Shown: positions 13,651 to 27,529 of the stretch, piece by piece
Numbering within the stretch: the first letter of the stretch is position 1
Layout of the letters: the number at the start of each line of letters is the position of its first letter
From: Eutreptiella sp. 'Long Island Sound 2002'
Lineage: Eukaryota > Protista > Euglenida
Direction: 5' to 3'
Assembly (NCBI GenBank): GCA_964036045.1
Contig: OZ038379.1
Span: 74,834,001 to 74,898,000, forward strand
DNA: 64,000 bases
Notes under the pieces: model-generated
What the model was told of the DNA's origin: nothing
The model's database searches: none
Seen by the model: only the letters and a program-made list of their open reading frames with translations
Program-made: the position numbers and the translations under genes

Positions 13651-14635
13651 TTTTTTTTTTATCAAACGGGCCAGTTCATAATGTGCCATGGGCCACTGTG
13701 GGCCAAGTTCGATGCAAGATAGAGATTTCGGCAAACCCAGGGTGTGCATACGGGCTGCAGCTCATGACTGCGCCCCGATGGTTTCCCGTTGAGATGGCTG
13801 TGGTCATGTCATTGGTATTTCCCACTCATTTGGATCCCAGTGCGTTTTGTGGCGTTTTGGCAGTGGTTGCATCGGGACTTCCCACAAGGTGGGGTCCCAA
13901 TGTTCCCGCGTCCGTTTCCGTATCAGGTATATTGTCTGTCGTGCTGGTCGAATTGTTTGCCAGTACTGAGTCGTCTTATGTTTGCAGGCGTCATGGTAGC
14001 ACTATGTCATGTTTGCCAAGTGTTTCTGCTGGCGCCACATGTAGAGTGCCTGTCGTTGGTGCAGGTCCAGCACCTTCTCGGTGCCGGCACACAGCCTCCG
14101 GTATCGTCCGCCGATCAGCAGCAGCAGTTTTGCATCTGCATACCATATCCCTGTGTCGCACTTTGCTTGTTCATACCACTGCCTGCGTATTTGGCACACG
14201 TGTGCGTGTGTGTCCTGCAGTTGTTGTGCTGCCATCTGTTCCTCGACCAGTTTTGTGACGAGCCTGTGATAGTCTGTTTTGGCCGTCAGTGTGTTGGTGT
14301 AGTGCGTGTGCAGGGTGCGTAGGTGTTGCCTTGCCACTGCAGCGGCGTGTGCTCTGTGGTATATGTCATGTGTTTGCTGTGCGTGTTCCTGAGCCAACCT
14401 GTCTGCTGTCTTTCTGTACTGTTCCCATCGCTGTGTGTCAACGCTAAGGCGCTGACGTTTCTTGGTGTGTTCGTCTTGTGCTGTGATGGTTGCTCGTCTT
14501 GCGAACCATGCCACTGCCTCATCGTCGTCTGCGTCGCGCGCATCACGTATCCATTGGTCGGGGTCGATGGGCTCCGCCTTCGCGACCTCGGTCTTACGCT
14601 TGCTTTTCGTGCCGCACCTCATGGGCGCTCCAACG
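13651..14635 (-). pseudogene. Poly(A)-tailed retrocopy, copy 2 (unknown ORF 14622->13804, one premature TAG at 14004-14002)
   Basis: T10 at 13651-13660. 21-bp TSD at 13630-13650 and 14636-14656 (20/21 identical). Confidence 0.85.
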
Positions 14636-17600
14636 TGGCATGGCCTCGAGATTGCCACGCCATTGCTGTGCCATTTTGGTGATTCACGGGGCGTTGGACC
14701 ACGAGGCTCAAACCCCAGGGGGGAACGGAGCTGCCATTAGGGGCACTCTCTGCAATCACAAAAATTTCCCAAAGCACCCTAAGATGAGTGAGATGGAGCG
14801 TAGATCGTACAACAAAATCTCAATGTTATTTTGGGAGGTGACTAGTAGGAAGAGAAGAAATGGCCTTGCCCACCTAAGGGTGAAGAACATATGTTCACCG
14901 CTATTCGACGCGGTTTGCCCGAGGCCCCGGCGTTGCACATGTTGCAAAACGTAGCCAACGGTTTGGGAACCGCGGTTCTCCTTGGGGTCCTTCACTGGCT
15001 GCTTGGGGTTTGGCTTGAGGGAGGTTTGCCGGGGATAAGTCTCCACAAGCCATCTGAGTAACCCTGCACACATCCGACTCCTAACATATGTGCCACGTCA
15101 TCGGGGGATGCGCATGCTGTGCAAGTATTTCTGCGTAGGGGGCAGTAGTGGGCCGCATGGGAAGGAGCGAGGTACGGCAATCATGGAGATGTGTGTCCAA
15201 TGTGTGTTGGATAGCTATAGCCTCAAATTGCACTGCTACATCTCCACCTACTACTTTTCCCCTCAAGAGTGCGCGGGGTGGAGGGCATCTGAGGTTTATG
15301 GCAGACGCACTAGACAGTTTTCTTTGCAGGCTGCGCTGAACAAAATGGCTGCGGCTGACACGCTCCACTAGGACGAACGGCGGGAGCGACCCCCGTGGCT
15401 ACACAGCAAATATGTAGCGCATGAAACCCATTATCCACAAGGTCGCGCTTTGTCGGTGCTTCGACGGTGTTGACGAGGTGTTTGGTCTGCGGGGATATGG
15501 AATTTTGCGCAAAGTGGCAAGGAGAGGTCCGGGGGTCGTGGGGTACAACCACTGGGAGTCGGGTATGTGGTGAGGGGCCGTTGACCTTGGTCTGGTACGG
15601 GGTATGTGTTGTTCAAGGCAGACGTTCAGGAGAAGGTAGGATGCCTCAAAAGGTAGAAGGCAGTAGGATGAAGCTTAAGATCTCAACATTGCTGCTCACC
15701 ATAATGCCCCCCGGCTAAGCGGCCAATCGCGTGCAACTGTCTCTTGGCTTGCGGCTCTCTCAATTCTGAGTGAATAGTGCGACGCTTCTCTACACGTTGT
15801 CTCACCGCCTCACATTTAGTTAGCTTGTTGTCACCTACACTAAAGACCGAATGATCACAAACCCCCTCCTTTTCATTCATCTCCTCGGGCAAAATCTGTA
15901 GGAACGGCACGTGGGACTTCATTTTTACAATTCAAGGGGCGTATGCTTCTTCGGCAATGACATGTCCAATTTGGACCCCCGTGTAGCGCACTTTGTCTTT
16001 GACTAGCAAACCAACATGCATCAGTGGGCCGGCCTTTGTTTGTCGCTTTAGCAATGCAAATGACTTCTTCTCATTGAGTCTTAGCAATGAAAACCCTCCA
16101 AATTCCAAAAATTGTGCTATTGCCCCTACCGCTTCCTCTTGCACCTCGCACCCGGAACTTGGTAGCTAAATGAGTACATCGCCTACATGTAGCAACTTCT
16201 ATGAACCCTCTCAGACAGGGCTTTGCTCTGGCTACATAACACAGTGGCACGCAAGTATCCACTGCAACCGGGACGGAACCACGGTGTCGCGGGGAGCCTC
16301 AACATTAACACAGTCAATGTGCATCGTGCAGCACATGGTGACATTGTCCTCGCGCATTGGACCAAACACTAGCACAGACAACACACCTACGTGGTGCACA
16401 AATTGCGGGCATTTCAGAATGGTGGAAAGGTGTGGGGGCGTCGTGTTTGGCATGGCCTCGATAGTGCCACGCCATTGCTGTGCCATTTTGGTGATTCGCG
16501 GGGCGTTGGACCACGAGGCTCAAACTCCAGGGGGGCTGCACAGCAAATGCGTAGCGCATGAAACCCATTATCCACAAGGTCGCGCTTTGTCGGTGCTTCG
16601 ACTGTGTTGACGAGGTGTTTGGTCCGCGGAGATATGGGAACTTGCGCAAAGTGGCAAGGAGAGGTCCGGGGGTCGTGCAGTACAACCACTGGGAGTCGGG
16701 TATGTGGTGAGGGGCTGTTGACCTTGGTCTGGTACGGGGTATGTGTTGTTCAAGGCAGACGTTCTGGAGAAGGTAGGATGCCTCAAAAGGTAGAAGGCAG
16801 TAGGATGAAGCTTAAGATCTCAACATTGCTGCTCACCATAATGCCCCCCGGCTAAGAGGCCAATCGCGTGCAATTTTCTCTTGGCTTGCGGCTCTCTCAA
16901 TTCTGAGTGAATAGTGCGACGCTTCTCTACACGTTGTCTCACCGCCTCACATTTAGTTAGCAAGTTGTCACCTACACTAAAGACCGAATGATCACAAACC
17001 CCCTCCTTTTCATTCATCTCCTCGGGCACAATCTTTAGGACCGGCACGTGGGACTTCATTTTTACAATTCAAGGGGCGTATGCTTCTTCGGCAATGACAT
17101 GTCCAATTTGGACCCCCGTGTAGCGCACTTTCTCTTTGACTAGCAAACCAACATGCATCAGTGGGCCGGCCTTTGTTTGTCGCTTTAGCAATGCAAATGA
17201 CTTCTTCTCATTGAGTCTTAGCCATGAAAACCCTCCAAATTCCAAAAATTGTGCTATTGCCCCTACCGCTTCCTCTTGCACCTCGCACCCGGAACTTGGT
17301 ATCCAAATGAGTACATCGCCTACATGTAGCGACCTCTATGAACCCTCTCAAACAGGGCTTTGCTCAAGCTACATAACACAGTGGCACGCAAGTATCCACT
17401 GCAACCGGGACTGAACCACGGTATCGCGTGGAGCCTCAACATTAACACAGTCAATGTGCATCTTGCAGCACATGGTGACATTGTCCTCGCTCATTGGACC
17501 GAACACCAACACAAACAACACACCCACGTGGTGCACACATTGCGGGCATTTCAGAATGGTGGAAAGGTGTGGGGGCGTCGTGTTTGGCATGGCCTCAATA

Positions 17601-20600
17601 TTGCCATGCCATTGCGTTCCATTTCGGTGATTCACGGGGCGTTGGACCACAAGGCTCAAACCCCAGGGGGGAATGGAGCTGCCATTAGGGGCACTCTCTG
17701 CAATCACAAAAATTTCCCAAAGCACCCTAAGATGAGTGAGATGGACCGTAGATCGTACAACAAAATCTCAATGTTATTTTGGGAGGTGACTGGTAGGAAG
17801 AGAGGAATGGCCTTGCCCACCTAAGGGTGAAGAACATATGTTCACCGCTATTCGACGCGGTTTGCCCGAGGCCCTGGCGTTGCACATGCTGCAAAACGTA
17901 GCCAACGGTTTGGGAACCGCGGTTCTCCTTGGGCTCCATCACTGGCTGCTTGGGATTTGGCTTGAGGGAGGTGTGCCGGGGGTAAGTCTCCACAAGCCAT
18001 CTGAGTAACCCTGCACACATCCGACTTCTAACATATGTGCTACGTCATCGGGGGATGCGCACGCTGTGCAAGTATTTCTGCGTAGGGGGCAGTAGTGGGC
18101 CGCATGGAAAGGAGCGAGGTACGGCAATCATGGAGATGTGTGTCCAATGTGTGTTGGATAGCTATAGCCTCAAATTGCACTGCTACATCTCCACCTACTA
18201 CTTTTCCCCTCAAGAGTGCGCGGGGTGGAGGGCATCTGAGGTTTATGGCAGAGGCACCAGACAGTTTTCTTTCCAAGCTGCGCTGAAAAAAATGGCTCGG
18301 GCCGACACGCTCCACTGGGACGAACGGCTTGTGCGACCCCCGTGGCTCCACAGCAAATATGTAGCGCATGAAACCCATTATCCACAAGGTCGCGCTTTGT
18401 CGGTGCTTCAACAGTGTTGACGAGGTGTTTGGTCCGCGGGGATATGGAATTTTGCGCAAAGTGGCAAGGAGAGGTCCGGGGGTCGTGGGGTACAACCACT
18501 GGGAGCCTGGTATGTGGTGGGGGGCTGTTGACCTTGGTCTGGTACGGGGTATGTGTTGTTCAAGGCAGACGTTCTGGAGAAGGTAGGCTGCCTCAGAAGG
18601 TAGAAGGCAGTGGGATGAAGCTTAAGATCTCAACATTGCTGCTCACCATAATGCCCCGGGGCCAAGCGGCTAATCGCATGCAATTTTCTCTTGGCTTGCG
18701 GCTCTCTCAATTCTGAGTGAATAGTGCGACGCTTCTCTACACGTTGTCTCACCGCCTCACATTTAGTTAGTTGTCACCTACGGTAAAGACCGAATGATCA
18801 CAAACCCCCTCCTTTTCATTCATCTCCTCGGGCAAAATCTTTAGGAACGGCACGTGGGACTTCATTTTTACAATTCAAGGGGCGTATGTTTCTTCGGCAA
18901 TGACATGTCCAATTTGGACCCCCGTGTAGCGCACTTTGTCTTTGACTAGCAAACCAACATGCATCAGTGGGCCGGCCTTTGTTTGTCGCTTTAGCAATGC
19001 AAATGACTTCTTCTCATTGAGTCTTAGCCATGAAAACCCTCCAAATTCCAAAAATTGTGCTATTGCCCCTACCGCTTCCTCTTGCACCTCGCACCCGGAA
19101 CTTGGTATCCAAATGAGTAAATCGGCTACATGCAGCAACGTCTATGAACCCTCTCAGACAGGGCTTTCAACGCAAAAAATCATGTACAACATGGGCCCGG
19201 GCCTATCATCATGGGGTATCAACGCAGCAATGGCGGCAAAAACAATGGACCTAGGGGGGGCGGTGTCTACTTTTCAAGTGGCAGCCTGGGTGCGCTTTCG
19301 TTTTGGACAAAGAGTTCGAATGGTCATGAGAGACAAATTGCACTTTGCAGTATGATGGGTGGAACCTTTCGAGACGTGGGGTCCATCTATGGGTTGGTCC
19401 CTATTGCGATTATTCGTGCCATGCACCAGGGTAGGTATAGTGCGCATGGAAGTGAAGACATGGCTGCACACATCATGGTATGCATTCTCTAGACTACGAC
19501 AAAAGTGCACCCACCGCTTATTGCAGGGGCACAAGAGAACATGCCAGTTTAGCATGACATGTATTTTTCTAGCGGGGCGGGAGATAGCTATTTCTCTCCG
19601 AAGTGGGTAAGAAAAGGAGTGTTCACATTGTCTCATTGTCGTGTAAGGGGCGATCTGAGAAAAAATGTTGTCTTGCCCCCCACATAGTAGGCAATCTATA
19701 AAGCGGCACTGCCCCACCTATCATCGTTGACGAATCACGATCTACCAAGATGCTAGAGGAAACCTTGCTTGTAGGTGTTGGTGATTCGCTGGGTATTCGT
19801 TCTGGCACACGTGCCGCAGTGCACTGAATGGTGGGCTATTCCTGCCGGAGGCTCAATGGCAGCTTATGAGGAAAGCGCCGGGGAAAGAGTTGGCACTAGG
19901 AGCGGGCACAAAGGTGTTTCATTCTCAACCAAAATGTATCCATTGCCCTTCTTGGAAACCATTAGACATGTGCTTTCCAAGTGTAAATTGATGCTGATCA
20001 CAAGGGTGCGCCAGTGTGAAGCCCGTTGGAGGCTTTGTGCCCAATGGATAAGCTGCTAGTTGACGACCCGCTACTTTGTCTTCAAACGACTCAAGGGCGG
20101 GCCATGTGGACGGCGAAATTAGCATCATGGGTGTTGTGTTGTGATGCTAAAACCACGGCTCTGAAACTAGCATTGCAAGGTTTCATAATTTTGTGCAACA
20201 CAATCGTGGACACCTTGTGTTCCGCCCAAAAAATCTTCTTCATTAGGGTCGAGGCATGTCACCTAACCAGTTGGAACGGTTCTTGAGGGGACCCAAACGT
20301 TTACCATCTACTGGCCCCAAGCAGTGATAACATGATCCTAAAAAAGGAGGGTGCCCAAGAAACAAAAAGGGGCAAGCATTCTGCCGGAAATGCCTCCAAA
20401 TATTAAATGAAAGGACACTCTCCGTTGGGATGTTGCCTTTGTCAATAGTTCAAAGAGATAGGAGGGTGGGGGGTCGAGTATGCAGGCCATGGCATTTGGT
20501 CTGCGGAAGGTGACGTCCATAATGAACAGGGCCCCATCCCAACGTCCGAACAGCAACACATGTCGCACAATTGCACAGCACGGAATCCTTTTTCCAAGAG

Positions 20601-21699
20601 TTTTACAATGCATCACTCAGCATGTTCCTTCCGAAATCTTCAGGTCCGTCATGTGTGCTGCTACGAACGTCTCGGCCGAGTGGTGCAGCCAATTTCCCTT
20701 TGGCCCGGGCGTCCCGGAAGCGGGCCAAAACCCGCCGGGAGAAACGCTTCCGATGTTTGTGTCTGATGTCAGAAGCAACGCTTTGGACGATGGCATGCCG
20801 TCATAGCAGCCGTTGCTTCAAGAAGCTTGTGGGCAATGGGATGTTGTACCAAGGACTTGTGCTTCGCAAAGCCGCCCCCGAAACCCATGGCATTCTACCA
20901 TGAGGCCCTCAACCCATTCAGGATATTGCCAACCACATCCATGCTATCCGCCCCTACCGGCCCCAAATATGTGCATTGTGGCCCGCACGACAAGTTCCTT
21001 GACTTCCCCCCTGTTTGTACACGTGGAGAAAATGAAGGTGCTGTATTCGTACCGGCACGAACCGTTTTCGGAAAGCAATTGCCTCACCACGATCCATGAA
21101 TGAGGGTCTCCATCTCCTTTTGCAAGAAATGAAGAAGCAATGCAAACATGACTCCATCGCCCCCCCCACCCAAACCCTCAAGGCGCTAACGCACAAAGTA
21201 GCGCCATTTGTTGTACGCTAGTCTTTGCTTTTTTGGGTTCTCATTCGAGGTTTTCAAACACTCCCCACAGCCCCTCAAAGCTAGGATCGTAGCCAGTGCA
21301 TCCTTCAATGCGTTCTTGGAGTTCAGTATGTACAGAGGTGCATGGGTGTTAGCTCTATGGTGGCCTGCTCCGCGTGCGATCTGATCCCTCCTGCTGCTTC
21401 CCCCTACTTGTCCCCCTCTACCCTTGCTGCATCGCTCATACCCATCGGCATGCCACGGAGTAGTCGCGCCGCCGTGACTCCGTGCATTCCAATTTCAATG
21501 GAAGGGGAGTTGGTGGCGGTGGTGGCTCGCCAAAAAAATAAACAGTCTGGGGCCTGCCTTCACGGGCCCCAGCCTTTGGTTTTGCCTTGAGGATTACACA
21601 TGCAAGTGGCTAATCCGGGGCATGGTCGGCCGTCGCGTTAAGATGTAAAAAACATACTTTGATTTTCCAGAATCTACCATCTTGCTTTGTGCCAGTTTG

Positions 21700-22300
21700 T
21701 TTCCTCAGGGCGCAATATTGGAGTCACGCACTTGCCGCGCACTTGAAGTAATGGCCGAGCATGTATGAGAATGTTGCGCAGTCATGGTCAACTTGATTTG
21801 TGCACGCTGTTGGTAGGTTCTTCGGCGTGCGGGCACGCAGTCTCCAAACCTCCCATATTTCTTTTAGTATGTACCAACTTCCATGGCATCCCTTTTCGAT
21901 CCCGAGCAATACCTCCCGTTCCTTAAAGTCAGATGCCCCGATATGCCGGAAGTCTTACAATACGGCCATTCAACAAGGCCTATGGGGGGTAGATACTGAG
22001 AAACTCTTGGCACAGCTCGCTGAGCAGCAACCCTGTACACCACCGTTCCGTCCCCCGCTCCATTGGGCCAAAACCCCTCACCATGGGCTCCTGGGGGAAT
22101 GTTTGCCCGGCGCATGCACGGCGCGCTACGTTTGTATTAAGTATGGTATCTCTAGCCCGAAGATTATCCTGACCTTGGGAAGTCCCCCAAGTAGACCGCA
22201 CCACACCGCATACCTTATCTGCAAGGGACCTTGTATAAGCCGAAATATGAGAATTCAACAACACAAAATGTCACTCCCACCACTTCCAACCACCACCCTT
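21700..22300 (-). pseudogene. Possible second LINE ORF2 C-terminal fragment
   Basis: The minus strand reads LLGIEKGCHGSWYILKEIWEVWRLR, resembling the lW.iW..R motif at the end of L1/Tx1 ORF2. Otherwise decayed. Confidence 0.35.
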
Positions 22301-25300
22301 ACCATCGTCATGAACTGGGTGCAAACGATGGGCCAAATTCTTAGACACCGCAAGAAGGTACTCCAAATTGTTTGGTGGGGTGGGGGCAAATATAGGCGGA
22401 GGAGGGTAATTGTCAAAAAAAGATGCCCGGCGTGCGCCTAGCACGCTAGCGCTCCCCCCCTAATGGGCTAAAAGAACTTGCTTGAGCATCCCAAGCGATC
22501 TAGGAGCAGCTTTGGAAAAAGTATTTTGTCCGCCCCGGGGGACCCTACTGGACCAATTGTTAGCCACCACCGTGCGCAGCCCCAGGTTGCCCTCGGGTTC
22601 CACCAACGGGTCACGGGTACCACGCGTCTACGCCTCTCGTTGGGGTTATTTAGAGGCTTGGAAACCACAAGTATTGGGCGGTTGCGGGTGGAATGAGTGA
22701 CCTAGAAATGCTGACTTCAGCCACATTGCCCAAGATAGGGTCGGTTCGTGGTTTTGGGGTTCGTTGACACAACCCGCGCACAATTTGGGACATTTTTGGC
22801 CATATTTTGGCCGTTTCTTGGAAACATTGTGCAGGTACAAGGCAACGAGGGCTCTTTATCACGTAGAGGTTAAGGCACTCGTGCCATGTAGCACCGCTTC
22901 CTGTCCCTTTAATCATCCCCCCCCCCCCCCGAAAAGCACTTCTTCACCTCCAAACTAGCAACAAGGAAAACATCTGCGATTGTAGACTCAAAAGAAGGGG
23001 GTCATTTTGCCGACTCTTCTTTTACCCTCCACAATGCAGCTGTAAAACAATCCGGGGTTCTTTCGGGAGGGGTCTATGGCGGTCCCCATCAAAAACGTTT
23101 TGGGAGATGTGTGCATGGGACCTAAGAATGATGCTACAAGGTTACACACAATTCGATCCCTTGAGCAGTAGCATGGCAGCGAGCCATAGAAGAAAGTGCA
23201 TGTGCATTTTCGCATACGTGTTGGCTTGCATAGTCTAGACGTTAGAAACGGCGCTATTTAATTTTTTGGGACGTTCGGGCGGGCAATGGCCCGGGCTGCA
23301 CAGGCTGTTGCAGAACAAACAAGCACCACACGCCGCAGTGTACCAAGAGAGGGAGTGGTACACCGCATCGTGTGTTATAGCAAAGCGTGCACCGGGTCTT
23401 TGTCTTCTCCCATGGTACGGGTGTGGGGGGGGGGGGGGGGCATGCCACCGGATGTTGTCCTACGGCCACAAAAGCCATACTTCGCGGCGTTGAGCGTGCA
23501 AAATGAGCCACAATACCTAGTCTCCCATGTGCAAAGGGTGCGGCCTCAGTGCTAGGAGTGGCTAACCACTATTGAAGGTGCATTCTATCTTCATTGAATG
23601 GCAAAGAGACTGCACACGGCCACTATCAACACGGTCATGGCCCCCACCCTTAAATACAGAGATACTATATACTGAATTGCAGGGGCCACTCAATTGGAGA
23701 ACTATTTGGTGTGGATCTCACCAAGTAGGACCATGGTCCTCATCCTCCAACTTTTGCCTGACTTGAACAATAAATCCGTACGAAGACTTCGTTTGATAGT
23801 ATGTACATGTGTCCTTCCTGCACCATCATGTGTGGCCCTCTTCCTTGCCCTCCAATGACAACATACCACTTATGCTTCCTACACAAGGTGAATCGCTTGT
23901 ACATGTGTATTGCTTTGTAGTTACCATGAGTGTCTGCCCGTTGGATATCTCCTTCCTTCTATCTCACCCATCACTCATCGACCTCTTCAGTTTGCAAAGC
24001 ACAATGTTCGACTAACACATTGACTATCGAGAAGAAAAGGTGTGCTAAGTGCCCGAAGAGAGGTGCATTCTTTCTATTGTTGCTCACACGGCCACACGGT
24101 GATTCACTAATAGGTGTATCTAAACGTAGGACTGTGTCAGCTTGTTCAGGCTCCTCTGGATGAAACATGACGGGATGGAAGAGTTTGATTTGTTGTGGCT
24201 GGCTCAAGAACCCCACATGAAAATGTCGTTGCCCGTCCTACATAACATGGCATGAAACGACGGCCTTTTGGGGTCGGCACCTGGAGGGCCTGCTCCCATT
24301 AAGACCTATGGAGGCACTTTGTATCTTTGCAGATCCATCCGATCAGTGTCTTCTCCGCCGCCGCGTCATTGAAATGTCAAATGAGGTGACCTACATCAAA
24401 AGAGAACATTCATGGTCACGATGTTTTGTTCACCACACAAAGGGAGCGCTTCACGTTGCATGCGAATGCTTCCTTGTACCTGCAACTTGGGCCATACTCT
24501 TAGAGAAATCATGGCCGAACCAAGACTGTGTTGGAGGCTCTCTTTGCAATTATCCTATGGCAACGGGGCCTTAAATCGTTGCCGCCCTTGTCACGACTTC
24601 ACGGGCTTTTTCTGCGCCATATAAACTTCTACACCATGGCCAACGGTGGCTAACCCTAACTATATGCATCAAGAAAGCACAAACAAGAAAGCAAAGAAGG
24701 TCTTGCACTTCATTTCATTGCGTGAGCTGTGAACAATTTGAGTTGGAGCCTGTATCCATGCACATAAACGAATCGTCCTTTCGACCCCTTGCAGTGGGGC
24801 ATGCGCCGCCTTTTTCGGTACTTGAAAACGACGAACGCCGAGAGCAAGGGGGAATGATGGGAAGACCCGCCAAAAGGGTGGCATGGCACTGGCAGCCACT
24901 AGCTGGGGGTCGTGAGTTTCCAATGGGGGACATGGTTAGTTCAGGGGAATTGGGGGCATCGCGCAAGGTCAATACCCTACACGGATTGTAGGCGACTTCC
25001 GAGTGTGCACGCTCTATGCTCCGTGTGGGTGTTGGTGTGGCTTCATGCACATAAACATTGCACCCTAGACACCTATGCTGAAACCAATATTTTCAATCTT
25101 TGGTCAAAAGTTAATGCATTAACCCAAAGTTGACCCTTTTGGGGGGGGTTGAGGGGTTTAGGCGGCAAAAACCCTACCCCCATGGGGTGCCGTACGGGAT
25201 CAGGAGTCATTTTTACCCAGGGGTTTTGGGGGATGAGGGGTCTCAGCTGTTTCCTTGGAAAGAATATTAAAACGGCCCTCGGGTTGAATTGTTGATTTTA

Positions 25301-25719
25301 ATTTTTGATGTAATGTTGGAAATGTTAAAAAATAATGTGTCGCCAACTTTAATATGAACCTCGTGAAATTAACTGTTTTCTGCAAAAATTAACCCTCGCT
25401 GAAAAACCCCATAAATGCATAATAAGAAAAGAAATACCTTTGCATCAAGTTTTTGTACTCATGTCTGTCCCCCATGGCCACTTTGCGGCCCCCCCCTTGT
25501 CCTTGTGGTTAGGGTTTGGGAGGGTATGCCCCATGGTGCAGGTTGTTTTAGGATGGTGGAAATAAAGATTGAGGTTGGGACAGAGGAGAAGGTTGTAAGT
25601 ATGTATGTGCGTGTGTGTTTGTGTGTTCATCGCTTGCATGTAGGTCGCAGTTTGCACATTGCGCCAATGCAGATATACGGGCTAGTTCCAACTGCATTGG
25701 CTATCCCCCCCTCTTCACG

Positions 25720-27010
25720 CTGTGGTGTGTAGGATTGTGATATTTGGGGCTGTGGTGTCTAGGGATGTGTGTGGGGGGGGGGGGGGGGGGTGGGGGTGCG
25801 GTTTGCAGGGCTATGTTGTGGGGGTGGGTAGTTATTAGGGCTGTGGTGTGTGGGCATGTGGTGCGTGGGTTGTGGTGTGTGTGGATTTGGTTTTTGGAGT
25901 TGTGATGTGTGGGGGTGTGGTGTATAGGGCTGTGGTGTCTGGGGTGTGGTTTCTAGGGTCTTGGTGTGTGGCGATGTGGGGGGGGGGGGGTTCCAATGCT
26001 TTGGTATGTGGGGCTGGTGTTAGGCGCTGTGGTGTGTGGAGGGCTGGTTTCCGGGGCTGTGGTATGTGGGGGTGTGGTGTTGGCTGCTGTGGTGTGTAGG
26101 GCCATGCTGTGTGGGCTGTGGTATGGAGGTTGTGGTGTTGGGCGTTGTGGTGTGGGAGTGTAGACCTGTGCGTCAAAACACCGCCCATAACCGCCCCCCA
26201 CCCCCACCCCACCCACACACTTGGACGACCGCTTAAAGTGCGGCCTAGAGTCTGTTTTTGGTCACGTTCATTTTTGAAGGGGTCCAATTAATATATGTAG
26301 GTTAATATTCAACGTTAATTTTGATATTTGGAACGCCGGTCCAAAAATTAAGTAGTCACATCCAGGTATTCAACTAGGTAGTCGAAAAATTTGCCTAAAA
26401 GAATGGGGGCAGTGTGGAGTTTGGTGTGTGTGCCTGTCCTATCAGCGTTTCTGAGGTGTCATGCTGCGGTATGTGGGTTTGTGGGGGGTGGGTATATGGT
26501 GTGTTGGACTATGGTGTGTGGGGCTCCGGTGTAAAGGGTTGTGGTGTAGGCAGCAGTAGTAGTTGGGGCAATGGGTAGTTTGTTGGGCTGCAGGGTGTTG
26601 GGCTACCGGCTGTGGGCTCTGGCGCGCTAGGTTGTGATGGTTCTGGCTGTTGGGGGTGGGATTGTGGGTTGTGGTGCTGTGGTATAAGGGGTCACATCAC
26701 ACACGCCCCACAGGCCCACCCCCGACAGCACCACCTCGCAGAGCCGCCAGCACCACAACCTGGCACGCCACAACCCCAAACCGTGCAACCCCATGCCCTA
26801 CAGCCCAACACACTACGGCCGAACATCCACAAGACCACACCCCACACACCCCGCACTCCACAGACCACACACCCCGCACACCGCACAACACAACCGCCCA
26901 TACCACACAGGCTGTGCGGTGTTGCGCTGCGTGTGTGGGGCTGTGCTGTGTGGGTCTGTGGGCTTTTGGTGTGTGGGGTCTTGGCATGTGGTGTGCGCCA
27001 ATGTGCCCAA
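25720..27010. repeat. G/T-rich low-complexity tracts (GGGCTGTGGTGT-like) with an inverted C/A-rich block at about 26697-26909
   Basis: Direct reading; the skew switches at about 26695 and 26910. Confidence 0.85.
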
Positions 27011-27529
27011 CACTGCACGTGTCACATGCCAAAAAAAAAAAAAGCAACAAACGAAAATTTAAAATTTGGGGCCCTGCGATAAACATTTGCAAAATCTGGA
27101 AAATGAAAGGGATTACCCTTCCGAGGCTTAATGGGCTAGGGCAAGGAGAGGATAGAGGAAGGAGGAAAGAGGGATGTGTGTGGCAGGCAATGGGTGTGTG
27201 GGGGTGCCAATATCATGGGCTCTGTGTGTGTGTGTGTGTGTTTGCGTATGTGTTTCTTGGAAGGTCACACTAGAAAAGTGTGAATAGATGCTATATATTT
27301 CATATATAGAGCACACTATGGGCAGCACCAATAAGGCGGCACACTAGGGGCTCGTAACCCCCAGTGATCAACTCATTGCGCATACATGGGTGCCTAGCAA
27401 AAGTTTCAGCAGCCATGAATAGGTTGCAATACGTGGAAAAAAAAGTTAATTTTTCCATTACTTTTTGGAGGTTCATACTAGCTTAACTTTTAATTTCTGA
27501 TCAATATTTGCCAAGTATTCAATATCAGC

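Larger units (their letters stand above)
8777..19167. repeat. Five head-to-tail copies of an internal LINE segment (units 1809, 2817, 2818, 1137 and 1806 bp)
   Basis: Unit starts (CTTTGCTC) at 8777, 10586, 13403, 16221 and 17358; the array ends at CAGGGCTTT (19167). Units 2 and 3 carry a 1-kb insertion. Unit 4 has a 672-bp deletion near 16535. Confidence 0.95.
8560..20620 (-). mobile_element. Decayed L1/Tx1-like non-LTR retrotransposon (ORF2) with an internal tandem amplification
   Basis: Minus-strand remnants in the expected order: possible APE end (TFRR...*DH, about 20330-20520, weak), RFIDCLL...NIFSQI (RPISLLN-like, about 19660-19710), LENAYHDV (LEKAYD-like, about 19480), decayed YxDD (HVADLLIW), FLEFGGFSWLRLNEKKS and KVRYTGV (FSGLxLNxxKS/YLGV), AYAP*IVKMK, and a C-terminal Cys/His remnant that continues into the left flank. 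Many stops and frameshifts; outer limits are approximate. Confidence 0.75.
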
